Position numbers and translations under genes: made by a program. The notes below the pieces were generated by a model. It did no database searches. It had not been told where the DNA came from and saw nothing but the letters and a program-made list of their open reading frames with translations. A stretch of DNA of 64,000 nt from positions 26,906 to 90,905 of the forward strand of contig JAWKVW010000009.1 of the NCBI GenBank assembly GCA_041397845.1, given 5' to 3'. Numbering within the stretch: the first letter of the stretch is position 1; every line of letters starts with the position of its first letter. This document shows positions 58,650 to 64,000 of this stretch, in pieces. This stretch comes from Hyphomicrobiales bacterium (lineage in GTDB: Bacteria > Pseudomonadota > Alphaproteobacteria > Rhizobiales > JAKPQE01).

Positions 58650-59713
58650 GCGGCTGGCGGCACCGTTGCCGCACCGGCGACGACCATCCTGTGGTCCTTG
58701 CCGTCCTCGATGCGCAGCCGCGACTTCATCGTGGCCGTGAGATAGAGGGTACCGGCTCCATCGACGAGCACCACATCGGTGACGCCCATGCGGGCGGCGA
58801 CGGCCGGCCACTCGCCGGGGCCTGCCACCGACAGCGCCGTTGCCGCGCCATCGGCCAATGCGCCATCCCGATGAATGACGCTCGCCGAGACGATGTCACG
58901 GACCGGCCAGCCGGTGCGCGGGTCGAGGATGTGCGAATAGACGATGCCGTCGTGCTCGAGAAACCGATTGTAGTTGCCCGACGTGTGCAGCGCTTCGCCG
59001 GGGGCAAGCTCGACCGAGGCGATGACGCCCCAGCCGCGCGGATCGCGGATCGCGACCCGCCAGGGCCGCGCGCCATGCCGGCCGATCACCTTGACGCCGC
59101 CGCCGGCATTGATGACGGCGTCGACTATGCCGGCCGACGCCAGCTCACCGGCGGCCCAGTCGAGCGCCGCGCCCTTGGCGAACCCGCCGAAATCAAGCTG
59201 AACGGCGGGATTGCGCGATGATGCCACCGCGCCCTCGACCCGGACGTCGGCCATCGACGGGGCGCCGGCAACGAGCGCGGCGATTTTGCCGGCGTCCGGC
59301 GGCGGGCCCTGCGGCAGGTCGTCGGCATGAAAGCCCCAAAGGCCGATGAGGCTGCCGATGGCGGGATTGAACAGTCCGCCGCTCGTCTCCTCGAGGTGTC
59401 TTGCCGTTTCGATCGCGTCGGCAAGGAGCGGCGAGACCGCCATCGACCGGCCTTCGGCGAAGGCCGCGTTGAGGTCGGTCATCTCGCCGGGCTTCCAGGC
59501 GTTCCAGTCGCGCTGCATGCGGCCGAAGCCTTCGGCGATGCCGGCGAGGGCCGGCGCGGCTCGCTCGCGGTCCTTTTCGGCAATGACGATCTCGGTCAGC
59601 GTGCCGAAGACGTAAAGCGTGGTGCGATATTCCCCGGCATCCGGCTCGCAGGCGGCAAACAGAACCGCGCTCGCCAGCAGAAGAATGGAGCGGACGCCGG
59701 CCCGCATGGTCAT
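58613..59713 (-). CDS. apbE: ApbE-family FAD:protein FMN transferase (RnfF-like lipoprotein)
   Basis: Trimmed to the ATG at 59713. It has a lipobox (LLLASAVLFAAC) and the motifs GLFNPAIGSL, DFGGFAKGAALD, LHTSGNY and HILDPRTGWP. Confidence 0.85.
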   Translation of the reverse strand: MTMRAGVRSILLLASAVLFAACEPDAGEYRTTLYVFGTLTEIVIAEKDRERAAPALAGIAEGFGRMQRDWNAWKPGEMTDLNAAFAEGRSMAVSPLLADAIETARHLEETSGGLFNPAIGSLIGLWGFHADDLPQGPPPDAGKIAALVAGAPSMADVRVEGAVASSRNPAVQLDFGGFAKGAALDWAAGELASAGIVDAVINAGGGVKVIGRHGARPWRVAIRDPRGWGVIASVELAPGEALHTSGNYNRFLEHDGIVYSHILDPRTGWPVRDIVSASVIHRDGALADGAATALSVAGPGEWPAVAARMGVTDVVLVDGAGTLYLTATMKSRLRIEDGKDHRMVVAGAATVPPAAYSASAGTKQLP

Positions 59714-60189
59714 TCGACGTCGCAGCCGGATGCGGGGGCCGGGCCAATGAGAACCGGCGCAAGGCCCCGGGCGAGGCCGGACGAGCGGACGACGAGGTAG
59801 CCGCCGCAAAGGCCGGCGACAGCGGCAAGGCCGACGCCGACCTCGGCGGTGCCAAGGCCGGCCGCGATCGCGGCCATGACGACCATGGCCGCTGCCGGAA
59901 TGAGGTAGGCAATTGCCGCGCCGGCGACGATCGAACTCTCGCGAATGCCGAGAACCACCCTCGTGCCGACCGGAAAGTCGCGGTCGGTCGCGACCCGCAG
60001 CGTTGCCGGCGCGCTGGAGACGAGCCGCGACAAGGTCGCCGTGCCGCAGCTCGAAGCGATGCCGCAAGTGGCGCAGCCGGCGGTCCGGTGCGGCAAGAGA
60101 AGAAGGAACCGGCCGTCGCGCGCGAGCACGGTCGCTTCCGCCTCGACGAGGTCGGCGAGGTCAGGCGCGAGGGGAGATTCGACGGTCAT
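59710..60189 (-). CDS. RseC/MucC-family protein
   Basis: 159 aa with an N-terminal Cys-containing beta domain (HRTAGCATCGIASSCG) and two C-terminal TM helices. It has 4-nt overlaps on both sides. Confidence 0.7.
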   Translation of the reverse strand: MTVESPLAPDLADLVEAEATVLARDGRFLLLLPHRTAGCATCGIASSCGTATLSRLVSSAPATLRVATDRDFPVGTRVVLGIRESSIVAGAAIAYLIPAAAMVVMAAIAAGLGTAEVGVGLAAVAGLCGGYLVVRSSGLARGLAPVLIGPAPASGCDVE

Positions 60190-60587
60190 GACGTGGCCCC
60201 TTTCGCTTTCAGGTGCGCGGCGAGCGCGCTGTCCATGGTCGCTGCGTGGAGATCGAACCAGCGCGGCAGTTCGCGCACATATTCGCGCCCAAAGGCGAGG
60301 AAGCCGCGCTCGACCCGGTTGCCGATCTGGCGCATCTGGCCGAGCACGCGATCATGCTCGCTGCGATGCTCGCCAAGCGCGGGAAAGCCGCTTTCGACCA
60401 TCAGCTCGTCCTCGAAGGCAAAATGCGCGACGGTATGGGCGCCGAGTTCGGCAAAGAGCGCCCGGAACGCGGCGCTGTCGGGCGCTGCGTCGAGCCGGTT
60501 CACGAGGTCGGCGAATTCGCGATGCATCTCATCCATCGCCGCGACATCGAGCCGGTGCCGATCGTCGTTCCAGACGAGCAGGGTCAT
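60186..60587 (-). CDS. hemerythrin-like metal-binding protein
   Basis: 133 aa with the H...HxxxE...HxxxH...HxxxxD ligand pattern (HREF, HFAFEDE, HRSEHDRV, LHAATMD). Confidence 0.8.
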   Translation of the reverse strand: MTLLVWNDDRHRLDVAAMDEMHREFADLVNRLDAAPDSAAFRALFAELGAHTVAHFAFEDELMVESGFPALGEHRSEHDRVLGQMRQIGNRVERGFLAFGREYVRELPRWFDLHAATMDSALAAHLKAKGATS

Positions 60588-60826
60588 CGGGCAAGGTCCG
60601 GCGTCAGCGTCTGGATGCGGGCGCGGCGGCCGCGGCGGACGGCAGCGAGGTCGACGATTTTCGCCGTCGGCGAGGCCGACCAGCCCGCCGCGTTGCCGGG
60701 CGGCAGCGCGTTTTCGCGCCGTTTGCCGCCGTGCAGCCAGGGCGGCGTCGCAAGGTTCCGCGATGCCGGGGCAGGGCAGGTGGTCGATCGGATTTTCCGT
60801 TCCGTCTCGGTCGGGTGTTGCGGCAT
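60584..60826 (-). CDS. small hypothetical protein (80 aa)
   Basis: The ATG at 60826 is preceded by aggaga at the right spacing. The stop forms an ATGA overlap with the hemerythrin start. Third codon positions are overwhelmingly G/C. No family recognised. Confidence 0.4.
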   Translation of the reverse strand: MPQHPTETERKIRSTTCPAPASRNLATPPWLHGGKRRENALPPGNAAGWSASPTAKIVDLAAVRRGRRARIQTLTPDLAR

Positions 60827-60857
60827 GGGGAGCCTCTCCTGCAACAGGACGTTTCGG

Positions 60858-61706
60858 TCAGGCGGCAACGGGCGCGTTTGCGACAGCCTCGAGGAAGCCG
60901 GCAACATCCATCCGGATGACCTCGATCCGCTTTTTCTTCAGGAACCGCATTTCCTTCTCGGTCGGCTCGGGGATCAGCGCCCAGCCGGCCGGCTCGCCGG
61001 CATCGTGGATGATGTCGGACATGACCATGCGCTCGGTGTCGCGGTTGAACCGCATGCCGAGGAAGAGATAGCGCTTGCCGACGCGGCCGGACTTGAGGAA
61101 CGAGGGCATGCCGAAGCCGCCCATCAGCTCGGTGATGTAGTCGACGTAGTCCGCGTCCGAGGCGATGAACAGCGGCTCGGGAACGGGGGAGCCGGCCGGC
61201 TTGAAGAGGACGGGCAGGTTCGTGTCGGCCTGCTCGAGGCTGACGCCGCGATAGGCCGTGCCGTCATGCTGTGAAAGAACGAAGCGATAGTCAGTGCCGC
61301 CGATGCGGGCGACACCGCGCACCAGGAGGTGCGGCACCGTCGCATAGCTCTCCTGAAGCTGCGTGTCGCGATTGACGTCGATGACATAGGCCGGGCGCAC
61401 GGTTGCCAGCCAGTCGTGCAGCGGCGCCCGTGTCCACTTCGTCTCGCCATAGGTCTTGGTCAGGAACTGGTCGATGAAGCGGCGGCCGCGCTTCGGGTTC
61501 ATGGCGGCGCGCGGGAACTCGAACATCAGCTTGGGCGCCATCGGCCGACCGCCGTTCATGGCCAGGATGAGGCTGTCGCTGTCCGCCGGTATCGGCGCGC
61601 CCGTCGCCTTGTCGTGTGCGCCGGCGAGCGCTCCCGGCCCGAGATAGGGAACGACGTTGCCGGCGCGTAGGCCGGCGACGATATCGGCGGAGTCGATTGG
61701 CTGCAT
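60858..61706 (-). CDS. SIR2-like domain protein (SIR2_2-type)
   Basis: 282 aa. VVPYLGPGAL resembles the GAGxS motif and HDWLATVRPAYVIDVNRDTQLQESY resembles the TTNYDxLxE motif. A later block reads LFIASDADYVDYITEL...RYLFLGMRFNRD. The assignment is from memory of PF13289 and has not been searched. Confidence 0.6.
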   Translation of the reverse strand: MQPIDSADIVAGLRAGNVVPYLGPGALAGAHDKATGAPIPADSDSLILAMNGGRPMAPKLMFEFPRAAMNPKRGRRFIDQFLTKTYGETKWTRAPLHDWLATVRPAYVIDVNRDTQLQESYATVPHLLVRGVARIGGTDYRFVLSQHDGTAYRGVSLEQADTNLPVLFKPAGSPVPEPLFIASDADYVDYITELMGGFGMPSFLKSGRVGKRYLFLGMRFNRDTERMVMSDIIHDAGEPAGWALIPEPTEKEMRFLKKKRIEVIRMDVAGFLEAVANAPVAA

Positions 61707-61750
61707 CTTTCCACGCTCGCTTCATCCGTTGTGTTCTGGATTACCGGCTA

Positions 61751-61765
61751 GCAAGAAGCGAACCA
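61751..61765 (-). promoter_or_regulatory. candidate sigma-54 promoter for the SIR2-like operon
   Basis: The reverse complement reads TGGTTC-gcttc-TTGC (GG-N10-GC). It lies about 45 nt upstream of the ATG at 61706. Confidence 0.35.
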
Positions 61766-61896
61766 GCCGCGACACGCCGCCAACCCATTGAAATCGTTGA
61801 AGCAGGGGTGCGGGCCTGTCGCAATGCCGCGATTTTGTCGGGTTTGCTGCAAGGGCCGGCAGCGTGGCAGGCGCCTGCCGACGGTGTCCGTCGGGC

Positions 61897-61912
61897 TGTC
61901 GGCAAACCGACA
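61897..61912. promoter_or_regulatory. NifA UAS TGT-N10-ACA between the SIR2-like operon and nifH
   Basis: The sequence is tgtcggcaaaccgaca. A near-copy of the nifB UAS, tgtcgggtttgctgca (TGT-N10-GCA), is at 61836..61851. Confidence 0.6.
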
Positions 61913-61991
61913 ATGCACCCCTGGAATTGTTGGCGACGCCACCAGAGATGCGCAAGTCCGACAACCGGAAGAGGTCAAACAAATCGTGTAA

Positions 61992-62999
<1,008 letters not shown>

Positions 63000-63074
63000 T
63001 CACTTGGACGAGGAGAATGGGGCGAGCCCTCGAAGGGCCCTTGCCCCGGCCTCGGGCGAAATGGGGATTTGCCT

Positions 63075-64000
63075 ATGTCGACCATGACGAAACAGGAAAC
63101 CGAGGCCCTCATCCAGGAGGTGCTCGAGGTTTATCCGGAAAAGGCCCGCAAGGATCGCGTCAAGCACCTGACGGCCAACGACCAGTCGCTCGAGAAGTCG
63201 AGCAAGTGCATCACTTCGAACCGCAAGTCGTTGCCCGGCGTGATGACCATTCGCGGCTGTGCCTATGCCGGCTCGCGCGGCGTGGTGTGGGGTCCGGTCA
63301 AGGACATGATCCACATTTCGCACGGACCGGTCGGCTGCGGCCAGTATTCGCGGGCGGGGCGGCGGAACTACTACGTCGGCACCACCGGCGTGAACACCTT
63401 CACCACGATGAACTTCACCTCGGACTTCCAGGAGAAGGACATCGTTTTTGGTGGCGACAAGAAGCTCGACAAGATCATCGACGAAATCGAGATGCTGTTT
63501 CCGCTGAACAAGGGCATCACGGTTCAGTCGGAATGCCCGATCGGTCTCATCGGTGACGACATCGAAGCCGTCTCGAAGAAGAAGTCCAAGGACCTCGACA
63601 AGACCATCGTTCCGGTTCGCTGCGAAGGTTTCCGCGGCGTTTCGCAGTCGCTTGGCCACCATATCGCCAATGACGCGATCCGCGACTGGGTGTTCTCGCG
63701 GGCCGAGGGCAAGGAGTTCGAGTCGACCCCCTACGATGTCACCGTCATCGGCGACTACAACATCGGCGGCGATGCCTGGTCGTCGCGCATCCTGCTCGAG
63801 GAAATGGGCCTCAGGGTCATTGCCCAGTGGTCCGGCGACGGCACGCTCGCCGAGATGGAGAATACGCCGAAGGCCAAGCTCAACCTTCTCCATTGCTACC
63901 GCTCGATGAACTACATCTCGCGGCACATGGAAGAAAAGTACGGTATTCCCTGGCTCGAATACAACTTCTTCGGCCCGACGAAGATCGAGGAGTCGCTGCG
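63075..64000 (+). CDS. nifD: nitrogenase molybdenum-iron protein alpha chain NifD (3' end outside window)
   Basis: I translated from the ATG at 63075, and the frame stays open to the window end. It reads [32 protein letters not shown]...[44 protein letters not shown]...[20 protein letters not shown]...[21 protein letters not shown]. No frame break was seen. Confidence 0.95.
   Translation, partial: MSTMTKQETEALIQEVLEVYPEKARKDRVKHLTANDQSLEKSSKCITSNRKSLPGVMTIRGCAYAGSRGVVWGPVKDMIHISHGPVGCGQYSRAGRRNYYVGTTGVNTFTTMNFTSDFQEKDIVFGGDKKLDKIIDEIEMLFPLNKGITVQSECPIGLIGDDIEAVSKKKSKDLDKTIVPVRCEGFRGVSQSLGHHIANDAIRDWVFSRAEGKEFESTPYDVTVIGDYNIGGDAWSSRILLEEMGLRVIAQWSGDGTLAEMENTPKAKLNLLHCYRSMNYISRHMEEKYGIPWLEYNFFGPTKIEESL

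Noticed and set aside
60858-61706. Calling the gene divergent from nifH draT because of its position and size (~280 aa).
   Set aside because: The sequence motifs look like the SIR2_2 family (glycine-rich N-terminal motif, N-x-D block), not like my recollection of DraT. No draG-like gene follows. I kept it as SIR2-like and treat the positional analogy only as a hypothesis.

Overview
GC-rich bacterial chromosomal segment; third codon positions are mostly G/C, which produces many long spurious antisense ORFs. It falls into three blocks.

(1) Bases 1-19.6 kb: housekeeping genes in an order I recognise from Alphaproteobacteria/Rhizobiales. They run SPOR protein, nagZ, scpA, scpB, tatABC, serS, surE, pcm. 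These are followed by a TetR-controlled HlyD/ABC-2 efflux operon, small periplasmic proteins, a peroxiredoxin/AraC pair, polA and a lytic transglycosylase.

(2) Bases 19.6-45 kb: a large glycan/glycolipid biosynthesis and export cluster, mostly co-directional and translationally coupled. It holds Wzm/Wzt-type ABC export genes and at least 10 glycosyltransferases. It also holds GalE, UDP-xylose synthase, a radical SAM/SPASM enzyme and a serine-palmitoyltransferase-like alpha-oxoamine synthase. A classical SDR, a single LptF/LptG-family permease, a GNAT-like acyltransferase and a dedicated ACP/KAS/hot-dog dehydratase module complete it.

(3) Bases 45-64 kb: a nitrogen-fixation region. It contains rnfABCDGEH, transcribed divergently from nifL-nifA, then nifB-fdxN-fprA-fdx-fdx-nifQ. 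Next comes a five-gene minus-strand operon (SIR2-like, small ORF, hemerythrin, RseC, ApbE) divergent from nifH and nifD (3' truncated). TGT-N10-ACA NifA sites and GG-N10-GC sigma-54 promoters are readable in every nif/rnf intergenic region.

Main points of interest:
- a gammaproteobacterial-type NifL/NifA plus rnf1 layout in an alphaproteobacterial backbone;
- a SIR2-like operon sitting where draTG sits in other diazotrophs;
- a possible ceramide-like glycolipid pathway;
- a recurring pattern of single-base indels that break conserved genes, including nifH and fprA.

No rRNA, tRNA, CRISPR array, transposase or integrase was recognised. All family assignments come from motif recognition and remembered homologues, not from searches.
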